Both the position numbers and the translations under genes were made by a program. Shown here piece by piece: positions 1 through 13,103 of a stretch of DNA of 64,000 nt (its first letter is position 1; every line of letters begins with the position of its first letter). Origin of the DNA: Amoebophrya sp. A120 (Eukaryota; Protista; Dinoflagellata); the NCBI GenBank assembly GCA_905178155.1, contig CAJINV010000002.1, positions 12,037,621-12,101,620 on the forward strand, written 5' to 3'. A model generated the notes under the pieces. The model did not search any database and had not been told where the DNA came from. It worked only from the letters and a program-made list of their open reading frames with translations.

Positions 1-89
1 GGGCGGATCCCCTGGGGGAAGGCGGATCCCCGGGGAATGGGCGGATCCCCTGGGGGAAGGCGGATCCCCGGGGAGCGGGCGGATCCCCC
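1..89. repeat. G/C-rich tandem minisatellite, GGCGGATCCCC core, alternating 20- and 18-nt units (probably continues left of the window)
   Basis: Five GCGGATCCCC cores: GGGCGGATCCCCTGGGGGAA / GGCGGATCCCCGGGGAAT repeated twice plus a partial copy. Confidence 0.9.
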
Positions 90-238
90 AAAAAAACACA
101 CAAATCGAAATCGCGACGGTGTGCTTATTTTTTTCCCATCATTCGAAACACAAACAAACCACGCTGCCGTCGTGTTTCGCTGGTTTGGGTCTCACAGCGT
201 CAGGGTCTCAAAAATAAACAATCAGGTGTGCCGGTACT

Positions 239-3140
239 ATGGGGAACGGCGGCGGAAACCAGCATGCCGTCGCACAGCATACCCGTAACCACGGACGCAG
301 CAACTACAACAACCGGGGGGTGTACGGCAACAATCAGCACGGGGGTCAGCAGCGCCAGCCCTTTTGGCAGCACCAGGGCGCCCCTGCCGGATACAACGGC
401 GTAAACCAGAATTACAGCTGCGGCCCCGGGGGCCAGCCGGGCCAGCAGCCCCACCACCAATTACACAACTTCGGCGCAAGCAAGCCGTGGTATGGCAACA
501 ACCAAATCAATTTGAACGAGCCCCCGCACGTGTCACAGGCAGACCTGCAACAGAACTGGCGCCAGCCGGCGGTGAATGCAGTGATGCAACAGCAGCAGAG
601 TGGTCAGCACAACCACCAGAACAACCAAAGTTTGAACCACAATCTGAATCAAATGCAAATGCAGCCGCCGCAACAGCAGCTGAATTTGGTGGATCAACAG
701 CAACATCACACCCAAGTGATGGCCAACGCACAGCAAATGCAAGACCAGCAGCAGCAGCAGGCTCATCTGCAGCAGCAGTTTCAGCAGCAGCAGAACTGCG
801 CGCCGCCACAGCAGGTCTTTGCTCCCGGCCAGCAGTTCACTCCAGGGCAGATCAATTTGAACATGATGCACCAACAACCCAATTTGCAACAGATGGGAGC
901 AGCTCCTGGAGGCGCAAACGTTGTCTTGCCGAATTGTGGCGGTGCCGCGCCGCCTTCGGGGGCGACCATGCAACCGCAGCAGCAGCAGCAGCAGCAGCAT
1001 GTTTTAGGTGGAGGCGTAAATGCGCAAATGCAGCAAGGACCACCACAGCAGGGCACGGTTCATCCACAACAGGCTCCGTTTCATCATTTGTCTGCGCAGC
1101 AACAGGCTGGTGGTGGTGGCAATCCGGTCGTGCACCAACACCCCCAGCACCAATTTTTGGCAGCGCAAATGTTTCAGCAGCGGGCAAACGTTGTGGTGCT
1201 GCAGCAGCAGCAGCAGCAGCAGATGGGAAATAACGGCACCACCTATGTCAATTTGAACGCTTGCCAGCAGCAGCAGGTGCAGGTACCACCACAGCAGCAC
1301 GTCGTAGAGCGGCAAATGAGCGTCCCGATGGGCGGCCCCACGACCTCCTACACGACCGTGCCCAATTCCTTGGGCACGGCCTCCGTGCCGCACCCGTCCG
1401 CTCACAGCATGAACAACAATCCGTGTTACAACGCACACAACATCGCTAATGCCGGACCGGCGCAACCGCAGACCGGACCTGCTCAACAACAGTTCCAGCA
1501 ACATCAAGTCCAGCAGCCGCAAGCGCAACCGCAGGTTCATCTCGTCGCAGGGGAAAGCTCGAACTTCGGGACGAGCTCGCAGCCGCAAGCTTTCAGTACC
1601 ACAACCGGCACTGGCCAGCACCAAACGCAAACGCACTTCGTCACCCGCGAGCAGTCGGCCACGCGCCAGGCGCTGTTGAATCGCAAGCATTCGTCCGACG
1701 ACGACAGCAAATGGGCCGCGCTGGGGCACCGCCGGGCCGAAATGGCGCAGATACAGCTCGTGCAGACGCGCAGCTCTTCCGCGACGAAGCAGCGCAGCGG
1801 ACACGAACCCGCGGTGGTGTCCACGCAGATGCACCCCGCGCCGCTGAAGCCCCAGATCAATTTGCAGGATCCCCCCACGACGTCGAGTTCTTCGGCGCAC
1901 CCCCCGCCGGTTCCGGGCACCACCCCGACGCCCGACCCCTCCAAAATCACGACCGTGGCCAGCGACTCCGAAGGTGCGGCCATTCTGAACTCGGGCGGCG
2001 GTGGTCCCCCTCAAGGGGTCTCCGCAAGTGCCAACAAATGGAAGGCGGCCAGTAGCAGCTCGACACGAACGACCGATCAGCCGACCACCCCGATCGGCAA
2101 CCCCGCAGACAACAGCTGCATGAACCAGTCCACCCCCGCGGCAAGCAATGTCCGGGCACCAGCTGCGGAGGGTACTACAGGCACTGCGGCTCCTTCTGCC
2201 GTGATTACTTCTACGGAACAGGTGCAGCCTGGAGTTGCCGGAACGACAAATGAACGAGAGCCTTCGGCAGAAGAAGTCCCGGTTGCTGCGGTCGTTCAAG
2301 AACAGAAAGCAGAGGACATCGGTGCAGCGAAAATCCCCGCCGAGAAGACGACGCCTTCGATCGTCGTGCCAAAACTGAACTTGAAGATTAACCCGCCGGC
2401 CGTTGCCGCCCCGGTGCCGGACTCCGCCCGCTCCGATCAGGTGGACGAGCTGAGTCGCACGCACAGCTTCTCCATTGCACCGGAAGCGAGCGAGCCTGGA
2501 ATTCTGGACTTAAACGACCAAGAGGTGGAAGAGGAAGCGGGGGCGAAGGGAGGCCTCGGGGCAGCACCGTTGTCGGCCCGAGGGAGTGGCAGCATGTTCA
2601 GCCGGATGAAGCTCTCCCGGAACTCCAGCGATCTCACGTTCAAGGAAAAACGAGCCATGAACGACAGGGGAGGTAATCTGATCTACAGAAAATTTTTTTT
2701 GATGATTTTAATTGTCTTAATAAATAGCAACGTTGAGACTTCCACTACATCCTTCTTGCACGACGTCGACGACTTGCCGTAATTCATTGCGCCTACTTGC
2801 GAGGATGTTCAGTGTCTTTCTCTCTTCTAGAGCATCTTTCTCGAAACAAAAAAAAGGCACCTACACGCCCCGGATGGACACTTTGCGCCGCCACAAGATG
2901 AGCAGCATCATCAGCCCGGCCAAGGCTACCCGGGGGCTGAGGCGCAGTACGAATCAGAATACGTCACTGGAGCTTAACAACTGCGGCGTCATCGCCGAAT
3001 ACGACGAGGAGCAGGAGCACGCCGCAGGCGGAAAGAGCTCTCTTTTGGAGGATCCCATCGAGTATCCGGCGCTGAATTCGAATCCGTCCACCATCCACCA
3101 GGCTACGTTGCAGCAGATCGGTATTGTTTCAAAGCAGTGA
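239..3140 (+). CDS. Gln/Asn/Gly/Pro-rich low-complexity (prion-like) protein; spliced near the 3' end, true end uncertain
   Basis: 847-aa ORF with many polyQ tracts. It runs into AT-rich intron-like sequence at G|GTAATC (2673). Several in-frame GT-AG joins to the 2733..3140 frame are possible (2673-2727, 2673-2832, 2779-2830). Another donor is likely at 3121. Confidence 0.7.
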
Positions 3141-5069
3141 AGATTATATATGATGCAAAGAAAATAAAGGGCCCAGCTCCTGTCTTGTTCATGCATTCGA
3201 TGTATATTCTTATTCAAATTTGTATTCGGCCGCGATTGTGATCACTGGCCCACAGCCAGACCCGACAAAGATAGGAAACAAAAACAGGGTCAAACTGGGC
3301 AGCCGGTTGCGACAAGATCAAGCAGGCTTTGGCGGCAAGAAAACCAGTTGCGAATCCGATTGGCCATAATAAAGGCCATGGAAAGGCTGCCACCAAGGGC
3401 GGTGCAAGGACTATGACGAGGTGCTGAGTAGTTCAGATTTACTGGTTTACGCACATGAACTACCACGTCAATATCCTCATACTCACTCAAGCTCAACTTT
3501 TTCAGCTTTAAATTTTTTAGGCACACAATGAAAAAGACAAAGAAATAGTGACACGATGGAATGATAAAGATAATCAAAGTGTTGCTGTACGATGAACGAA
3601 GAGAACTTCTCAGTATTCAGCTAATTCTTGGTACGCAGACAGACAGGATCAGACAGCAGACCCCGATGCACAGTTGCTAGGCCTATCCCACATATGCGTA
3701 GCTAACTGCACATCGCTTACTTCAATTTTAGTTTACGTTTCACATTCTTAGCACTTTTTGCAAAAGTTATTCAAATGTTTCACATCACTTACCCAGCTTT
3801 TTTGCACGCGATACGATTGCCTTGAGCGCCGCGTTGCACAAATTCACAAATAGTTTACGTTTCGAAAATACATATCAAATCGTTAGGAGCAGAATCGGAA
3901 GGTACTTTCTAGTGCCAGTTTAGCAATGCAGCTCACAAAAGACGCGACGAGCAGAGTGACTATAGTACTACTTTTTTGAATTTGCGAGGAACAACGAGCT
4001 TCGCGATTTCAAGTACAAGGGCGCTGACAAGGAAGTAGTGCAGGTTTCGATCTCATTTACGCTCGATTCGAATGTTGATATTGAATTGACGCGACTTGAC
4101 CTCTGTGCTCTTCCATCCGAAGGTCGCGGACGAGTCTGAGGCAGTTGATTCAATCCATTCGTTTGTTGTGCTGCAATTTTTCGTGGCTGCAGCGGACTCG
4201 CATCTTCGGGTGAGGCCAGCAACGACGAAGAAGTACGCTGGCCTTTGAAGTAAATAGTTTTCACCTACTCTACCTTTCGCTCAGAGTCGCAATTTTAGCA
4301 CAAGTCAACTTAGCATTAGCAAACAACACGAGCTTATTAATCTTCTTGTTAATCTTTTTCCACAATCCAATATTAGGTGATACATTGCGCTAATGAACGA
4401 CTTACTTGAAACATCGTCAAAAATGCACCATATCGACTTACTTTTTTAGAATTTCAAATGTACTAGCAGAAAAAACAAAAAAAAATTTAGAATCGATCCG
4501 ATCCTTAGATGATAGATTTCGCTTCCACAAGTGTCTACACAAAAATGCATGTACCTTAATAGTTTGGTTTTTATGGAATGCGGTCGAAACTGAATTCTTC
4601 TCGGATCGATTCTAGCGAAACAAGCAAAATGAACCGGAAACGCCTGTACAAATGGAATCCGACTCGGTGTCGCGCTGCAGAGTCATAATAGCTTGAAAAG
4701 AACGCACGGGCACGACGGACCAAGATGCAGGTCGCGAACCCCAAATACAAGATGTGAAAAGAGTCGTGTTTTCGTTGTGAGCCAAGATTGGCAGGTATGT
4801 GTATCCAGCAGTCGTGACTTCATTTTCCAGAGCTGACGAGCGAGCAAAGTAGACAAGGAAGCAAATCTGCGAGTCTCGAGCATTGTGTTTCTGAGGAAAT
4901 TTTTCCGCTGGCCTCGCACATTTTTTTGAACAGTCTGTTTTTGAGATTTTGCTTGCACTGATGCACCCAAACTAAGAACGTAAACTGAGAAGTACCTAAT
5001 TCGTCGAGGTAGGTTTGTACGAAGTTGAACGTGGCTGCGTCTCAACCTGCGCGTCTTTGCGCCGCTTCA

Positions 5070-7413
5070 CGGCGCTCCGTTATGCAATTTGAAGTGCCGG
5101 TCCCGGCGCTCCTCAGCACCTGGTCCCGGCGCTTCTCAGCACCTGGTCCCGGTGCTCCTCCGCACCTGGTCCCGGCGCTCCGTTTTGCAATTCGTAGTGC
5201 CGGTCCCGGCGCTCCTCCGCCCGGGTCCCGGCGCTCCTCAGCTCCGGGTCCCGGCGCTCCTCAGCATCGGGTCCCGGCGCTCCTCGGCACCTGGTCCCGG
5301 CGCTCCGCAGCACCGGGTCCCGGCGCTCCTCAGCACCGGGTCCCGGCGCTCCTTAGCACCTGGTCCCGGCGCTCCTTTTTGCAATTCGTAGTGCCGGTCC
5401 CGGCGCTCCTCCGCCCGGGTCCCGGCGCTCCTCAGCTCCGGGTCCCGGCGCTCCTCAGCATCGGGTCCCGGCGCTCCTCGGCACCTGGTCCCGGCGCTCC
5501 GCAGCACCGGGTCCCGGCGCTCCTCAGCACCGGGTCCCGGCGCTCCTTAGCACCTGGTCCCGGCGCTCCTTTTTGCAATTCGTAGTGCCGGTCCCGGCGC
5601 TCCTCCGCCCGGGTCCCGGCGCTCCTCAGCTCCGGGTCCCGGCGCTCCTCAGCATCGGGTCCCGGCGCTCCTCGGCACCTGGTCCCGGCGCTCCGCAGCA
5701 CCGGGTCCCGGCGCTCCTCAGCACCGGGTCCCGGCGCTCCTTAGCACCTGGTCCCGGCGCTCCTTTTTGCAATTCGTAGTGCCGGTCCCGGCGCTCCTCC
5801 GCCCGGGTCCCGGCGCTCCTCAGCTCCGGGTCCCGGCGCTCCTCAGCATCGGGTCCCGGCGCTCCTCGGCACCTGGTCCCGGCGCTCCGCAGCACCGGGT
5901 CCCGGCGCTCCTCAGCACCGGGTCCCGGCGCTCCTTAGCACCTGGTCCCGGCGCTCCTTTTTGCAATTCGTAGTGCCGGTCCCGGCGCTCCTCCGCCCGG
6001 GTCCCGGCGCTCCTCAGCTCCGGGTCCCGGCGCTCCTCAGCATCGGGTCCCGGCGCTCCTCGGCACCTGGTCCCGGCGCTCCGCAGCACCGGGTCCCGGC
6101 GCTCCTCAGCACCGGGTCCCGGCGCTCCTTAGCACCTGGTCCCGGCGCTCCTTTTTGCAATTCGTAGTGCCGGTCCCGGCGCTCCTCCGCCCGGGTCCCG
6201 GCGCTCCTCAGCTCCGGGTCCCGGCGCTCCTCAGCATCGGGTCCCGGCGCTCCTCGGCACCTGGTCCCGGCGCTCCGCAGCACCGGGTCCCGGCGCTCCT
6301 CAGCACCGGGTCCCGGCGCTCCTTAGCACCTGGTCCCGGCGCTCCTTTTTGCAATTCGTAGTGCCGGTCCCGGCGCTCCTCCGCCCGGGTCCCGGCGCTC
6401 CTCAGCTCCGGGTCCCGGCGCTCCTCAGCATCGGGTCCCGGCGCTCCTCGGCACCTGGTCCCGGCGCTCCGCAGCACCGGGTCCCGGCGCTCCTCAGCAC
6501 CGGGTCCCGGCGCTCCTTAGCACCTGGTCCCGGCGCTCCTTTTTGCAATTCGTAGTGCCGGTCCCGGCGCTCCTCCGCCCGGGTCCCGGCGCTCCTCAGC
6601 TCCGGGTCCCGGCGCTCCTCAGCATCGGGTCCCGGCGCTCCTCGGCACCTGGTCCCGGCGCTCCGCAGCACCGGGTCCCGGCGCTCCTCAGCACCGGGTC
6701 CCGGCGCTCCTTAGCACCTGGTCCCGGCGCTCCTTTTTGCAATTCGTAGTGCCGGTCCCGGCGCTCCTCCGCCCGGGTCCCGGCGCTCCTCAGCTCCGGG
6801 TCCCGGCGCTCCTCAGCATCGGGTCCCGGCGCTCCTCGGCACCTGGTCCCGGCGCTCCGCAGCACCGGGTCCCGGCGCTCCTCAGCACCGGGTCCCGGCG
6901 CTCCTTAGCACCTGGTCCCGGCGCTCCTTTTTGCAATTCGTAGTGCCGGTCCCGGCGCTCCTCCGCCCGGGTCCCGGCGCTCCTCAGCTCCGGGTCCCGG
7001 CGCTCCTCAGCATCGGGTCCCGGCGCTCCTCGGCACCTGGTCCCGGCGCTCCGCAGCACCGGGTCCCGGCGCTCCTCAGCATCGGGTCCCGGCGCTCCTT
7101 AGCACCTGGTCCCGGCGCCCCTTTTTGCAATTCGTAGTGCCGGTCCCGGCGCTCCTCCGCCCGGGTCCCGGCGCTCCTCAGCTCCGGGTCCCGGCGCTCC
7201 TCAGAACCGGGTCCCGGCGCTCCCCAGCACCGGGTCCCGGCGCTCCTTAGCACCTGGTCCCGGCGCTCCTTTTTGCACTTCGTAGTGCCGGTCCCGGCGC
7301 TCCTCCGCTCGGGTCCCGGCGCTCCTCAGCATCGGGTCCCGGCGCTCCTCAGCACCTGGTCCCGGCGCTTGCAGCGCCGGGTCTCGGCACTTCGCAGCAC
7401 CGAGTCCCGGCGC
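5070..7413. repeat. Higher-order tandem satellite: 194-bp unit of eight GGTCCCGGCGCTCC-core subunits; about 10 near-perfect units plus degenerate edges
   Basis: Marker TGCAATTCGTAGTGCC recurs every 194 nt from ~5186 to ~7126. Subunit lengths are 22 + 6x23 + 34 = 194. Confidence 0.97.
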
Positions 7414-7839
7414 TACCACTTTCTGCGGTTATGGTATTTACTGATAGAAAGGGCCCAGCTGCATTGTTCCATCTCTTTTCGACGGGCGTCCAGGAACGTG
7501 TGTCGCGTGCGAGAAGTGAGCGAAGAGGAAAAATACTGATTCGCAAATTTGGCAACGAACCGCAGAAAACAGATTATTTTTGAGGTGTTGTCGCTTTTCA
7601 AAATAATCTTGGCATAGCAGTGATGCTCATGCACATTCTCTACAACGATTTCGATTTTATAATTTTTACGGTTGTTGCAGTCACTTGCTACTTGCGGGAA
7701 CGTTGCAGCGTGTTACTTAGATTCTTGGTGTATGGATGGTATCGTCGTTTTTTGTTGAATGGCACATCAACTTGAACTCTGGTTTGTGGTGCGTTTGTGA
7801 ATAGTCATTTTCTCGGTCTCAGGGAGACCAAACGACATC

Positions 7840-10800
7840 ATGTCCGCTGCAGCAGGTCCGCTCGACACGAGTTGGAGCTCCCAGCTCAGTGCCTACATTG
7901 ATGCCCACGAAGACAGTATTCAGGGTCGGATGCGTCGACACCTTGACCGGACCCCGTCTTATGCTGCTGGGACCCATACTAGTTCTAGTTCGTATCCCGT
8001 TACCAGGAGACTGGATTGCGTGCCTTCGGTAAAAAAATCCACGAGCCCTACCCAAACTCCTGCCGGTGCCAGCACATTTGCGTCATCTTGTTCGTCCTCC
8101 GCTAGTGGCGATCATGGAGGACAGCCTGCTGTCGGGACGACTGGAACGGGTTCTACGGACGCCGTGAAGCGAGCAAGATTTGCACAAATGGAGGCGGACG
8201 GAAAAGAATTTCTACGCCGCTTGCGAGCGTACAATAACCGTGGCAGTGCTGCGCCGCCAAAACCGGCTACGTTGGACGATGAGAAAGGAGATGGAGACCC
8301 GAACGCCTTTTTGTACAATTTCTGCTGCGCTACTGCTTCTAGGTTCTTCGTGGGACAAAGCCATGCGCGGGAGCATGGTCTTGATTGATGATTTCGCTTC
8401 TCCCTGAGATGACGATGACCATCCATAAAAATGTACTATATCAAAATTTCTTCTTAGGAAGCAGAATGATGTCGGAGCGCCACAACCGCCGCATGATAAG
8501 CCACCCACGCCTTCGTTCACCAGGAACAATGTCGATAGTGACGCCAACAACTCCAACTCCCGTAGTCGTGCTTCCTCATGCGGCCCGACGAGCTTTCGCA
8601 ACGAACTGAAAGCCGTCGTGTCGGAGTACAAAACCGGGCTAGAGTCCAAAGCCGTACGCATGCCGCTACGAGCCGGTGGAGCGACCGCTTCTTCGTCTTC
8701 GACGTCGTCTTTGCACCAAGCCAGTGGAATGGTGGTAGCCAGCACGGAGCAAGGAGTAACTGCAAATGGAAATGCCAACCCGGAGGAAGATCTGTACACA
8801 CGCACAAACCGGCTACAGCAAGCATTGGAGAAAAAAGTGCTGCACCGCCCGAAGGGCTTCATCTTCACCCCGCCGGAAGATGAACACGACAGCCACGCAA
8901 GCTCACCGAAGGTCACCTTGCGAAAGGATAAGCGGGGCAAGCGAACGCCCAGTCGTGAAAATGCAATCAATGCTAGAGCGGCGCATCGGCGAAGCACGTC
9001 GCGAGAGCGAGGATCACGCGGCGGCATAAAGAACTACCTGACGACGCCCTCTGCACATCGCGCCAACAGCACAAAGAGCCCGCACTTTTTGCGTGAGAGT
9101 CGCGACTCGGACCGGTATGGTGCGTTGCGGGAAAGCCGCGATGTGTTTTACGACGATGACGTGATCCAGCGAACGTCATCTTCCCAACACAAAAGGTTCC
9201 GCGCTGGCTCGAGGACGCAAATTGCAGACACCGGCGGGGACCACGACCAGTTAGGTGACCAAACGTTCATACAGACGCAGCAGGAGGAGCAGATGAGCAC
9301 GTCTTTGTTTTACGACGACGTGTTTTGCCACGTGCGCGCGCCCCCGGTGCCCTCCTCCAGTCCCTCTTGCACCCGTTCCGACGCGATGTCGTCGCACAGC
9401 GACAGGAGCTCCTCGCCCTCCTCAGCCACGAGGCCATCTGGATCCAACTCTCACTCGCCCACATTGTCGCTGTCGTCCTCCTTGGAGGACGAGTCCAGTC
9501 CGATGAGCGTGGAGCAGGAGTCTTCACAGGATTTTCAAGAAGGAGACCAGACAACTTTGTTGATCTCTGAGCATGACGAGCAGGAGGTGCAACGGGCGAA
9601 AGCAATCCAGAGAGCAGGAAAAAAGCGAGCAAAGAAGGAGCGAGATACTTCTACCCGTGCTGATGTGAACGCTCAAGGCGATGAGAGGAAGAGCAGGAAG
9701 TACCAAAAGGAAAGAAAAAGAAACACGAATGATTCGTCCGCAGGACCAGGAGCGGGAACTAGACGAGGACAAAGTCAAAAAAAGCGACAGAAGAAGTCGT
9801 CTGCTTCTTCTGACGCTCGATCGCATCGGAATCATGATCATCGAAGCAAGGAGGAGGATTCCACTACGCAAGTGTTCCCGCCGCGCTCGACCACTTCCAA
9901 GGGACAGCACCAGCAGACTGCATTCGCGCAGCACAATTTGCATACTGGTGACTCGTCAACTGAAGCGACGACTGTGCCGACAGCAGCGGATTACGAGATG
10001 AATTATGGGCGGCCGGGGAGCGGCATTTACGGCTCCTCTAAACGCAACAAAAGCCCACACCCACAGAAGCGTTTCAACGTGTTGCGCCCCTCCGCGGGTC
10101 ATCATTCTCGTCGGGAGCCCCAGACACTTGCCGCAAGTCAGGGAGTTGGAGTTGCGGATGAAGATGCAGAGGAGATTAGCTCTGGCGAAAGCGAGAATTT
10201 CGCCGAGGGAGACAACAAACTGCCGCGTCTGCAACCGCCTTCACTGAACACCAGCGTAGCAAACATGAACGAATCTCTGTCCACGTCCAGAATGAGCGTC
10301 AGAACGGTCAACCAGCCGCTGCTTGCAGTGCCACCTCCTTCATGCAGTCCCGGCCCTACTGGGCCGGCGGCTCCGGGGGCTTGTGGCTCGAGTTCTTGCT
10401 GTGCCGAGCCGCGCCGTTGCTCCAGCCTCCCTGCGACCCCCGCGGCGATGCGAACGCGCAGCCGCAGCAAAACGACCGCGATGACGCTCGGAACTCCCAT
10501 CGTGCAAAAGCGGCAGCAGGATATTCTACTCTCCGCGTCGACGCCCGGGACGGTGTTTGCTGCGAATCAAGGTGGAGTCGCCGGCGCCGTGCCTTGCAAT
10601 AATCCTCCGCCACAGGAACCGGCTGGATGCTCTATGCGGGTCGGCGATATTGCGAAAACTCCTCTGCGAAAACGAAGACAAGTTGCGCGTCACGACGGTG
10701 AAATGGCGGCAGAGTCGCAACGTGCGTCTGCGACTCTGGCTGCTACTGCTACCGGCATTTCAGAGGCTGCGTATACGCTTCAGGGGCAGCTGCCAGCGTC

Positions 10801-13103
10801 TGACCAGAGCAAACTTGTACTTGGTTCTACTTTATCGCTAACGGTGACTTTTGCAAACGCGAAAACACTTTAACTTGCTTCGAAATTTTCTCTTCTTACC
10901 CAGCAAAAGCTACTTGCTCCTGCCCTTTAGCTGCAGTGTGGTAGAGAGGCTTTTGGTTCAAATGTGTTTTCGAGTGTGAGAGCTTCCCCGCAACAACATT
11001 TTTCAGGCCGAGCTTGAAGCTTTGAAAGCGCTCGTGTTGCGTGATCCTCCGATTGGCGTCGAAAATGGAACAGCAGGCGCAGGTGAATCAAGTGTGGTGT
11101 ACGAGGGTGGACATGAAGCGCCAGTCGTGCTCTCATCGAGTATCACTGACATCAACGCATGTCCCAGAATGCTCGTCCGCAGTACTTCTAATGCCGCAAC
11201 CTCAAGTCCGGCCTCTGCTGCGCCATTCCTCGGGGCTTTTTCCCCTGCAGCGGCTGCCGCTTTCGCAGATAACGGGGCAGCATCCGCACGCAGCCGCATC
11301 CAAGTTATTGGTCCCGGGAAGCCTAGCTGCTCCCTGCAGGAACGGCGCATATACGAAACGGAGTCGGAGGAACCGTGCGCAAACATTTTTCATCAGCTCA
11401 AGACCCGCAGAAGTTCTTCGCAGCCCTGCACGCCAAACTTCAAGGCCACTGGTAGTAGTTCGTCGTCTTCGTCATCCTGCTACCTCAAGCAGCCATCGCT
11501 GCTGGATCTTTCTTCTGTCCTGATGCAAGAACCCAGCTACACGGATCGGCTTTACAACATGAATAGTGGGTCTTCGCTCTTGCTGGATCAGCAGCCGGGA
11601 ATTGCGATTGCAGGAAACACCTCCGCCTTGTTGCCTTCATTTTCATCCGCGAACCCGATGAGCAAGCAGCACATCACGGAACAAGACCAGATCCCGCCGG
11701 CGAGAACTCTGTCAAAATCAACTTCAATATCAGCGGCCGACGAGAGCAGCCTGTTTGTGAGCCTGCCACAGTTGAAGTCAACGGGACCTTCGTCGGCTCT
11801 ACCCAGTGGAAGCAGTAAACCACCTTACCAGCCCCTGATGGAGACCTCGTTCGACAACGTTTCTTTCACCAAGATCTTTGACAGCGCGCTGGCGGCCGCC
11901 GCCCACAGAAACAAGCAAAGCTCCTCGTCGTCTTCACATGCTGTCCTGGAGTCCGTGCTCGAGGAGGACGTGCTTGGAGAAGAAAGCGCGACAAACTGTG
12001 GTCCTAGTTGTTCAGCATCCTCTTCCGCCGGAACTACACCCTGCGAAGAACAAAGCAGTGAGGTCGGGGGAAACGCTGGAAATTACCAGATGACGTCGTC
12101 CCCGGTGCACGTGATATCTTCGAAAAACAGCACGAGCTTTTGCTCGGTTGACGACTTACCTCCGCATTTGCTGATGAGGAAGAAGGCGCGTCGTGCGGAC
12201 GATGCAGGCGGTCGTCAGGGTGCATCAAATTATGGCGATGATATCGGTGAGGAAGATTCAGCAATGGGAGGCGATGCCGATCCGAACTTTGCTGGTAGCA
12301 GCGTGCTGGTTGCAGGGACCATCGAGATGGACCCACCGAGACCAGAAGACACCGTGTCCACCGCCCCGCGGTCTTCCGCTGCTGTGCCGCATCCACCACA
12401 AATGTCCGAAGCCCGAGCGCTCTGCGAGGATCTGCACGAGAGGAACCAAGCTATGCTCACCAGTATCTTGACGGAATTAGACGACGAAGCTGAAGGAAAA
12501 AGTGGCACGCGAGCTTGCAACAATCCACCCCGAGGTAGTGAAACAGCGAGAACGGAAACCGGCCCCGCCGTGCAAGTCAAGCCTCCCAAGCAAGCGGAAA
12601 CGCAAGTCGCAGGGGCGCCAGCCGCGAAAGGGTCACGTCGAGGGTCTGGCGGCAAACCGCAACAGACAGGAAAGCGCAAACAAGAAGGCTCTGGTGCACA
12701 AGAAGCGGAGGACCAGGGACTTCTGGCCGACGAAGATATACAAAACGCGGTGGATCAAGCCATTCAAAGGTGGGTTTGCTGGTGCTTTCTGGCATAATTT
12801 GATGAGTTCCTTGACGCAAGAAGAAGAACACAGTAGAAGTCAAAACCGTCATATTCAAGGAAAACTTGACTTTGACTCCCAACGAAGATGAAAAACGAAC
12901 ATTAACTTAAACTTTTGCCACTCCCTATCGCTTTTTTCTACAGGAAATCTTCTACCTGTCGTTCCACCCTGGCCGAAATCGAGGCCTACTGCGACACTCT
13001 GAAAAAGAAAACCGCCGTCGTCGCTGCCGAAGAGGAGTACACAGAGTGCTTGTTACGTTGCCTCGACATGGCGCGCGACCTGAAAATTAAGGGCGTGCAC
13101 TGA
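7840..13103 (+). CDS. Large Ser/Arg-rich disordered protein of unknown function, about 4 exons
   Basis: ORFs 7840..8388, 8618..10873, 11022..12797 and 12915..13103 join in frame through introns 8343-8457 (GT..AG), ~10784/10817/10844-11006 (donor ambiguous) and 12770-12943 (GT..AG). No domain recognised. Confidence 0.65.

Noticed and set aside
1004-2464. 486-aa antisense ORF and similar shadow ORFs opposite the long genes
   Set aside because: They mirror GC-rich low-complexity coding sequence on the other strand.
3664-3715. Imperfect hairpin in intergenic DNA (another at ~14091-14119)
   Set aside because: Short and mismatched, with no tRNA, snoRNA or other family features.
5070-7413. CRISPR array (constant repeat with variable spacers)
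   Set aside because: Spacers are only 8-20 nt, related to each other and recur periodically. There are no cas genes and the context is eukaryotic.
5025-7555. PGPGAP / RSAGTR repeat proteins in the ORF track
   Set aside because: They are translations of the satellite; the 194-bp period shifts frame in each unit.
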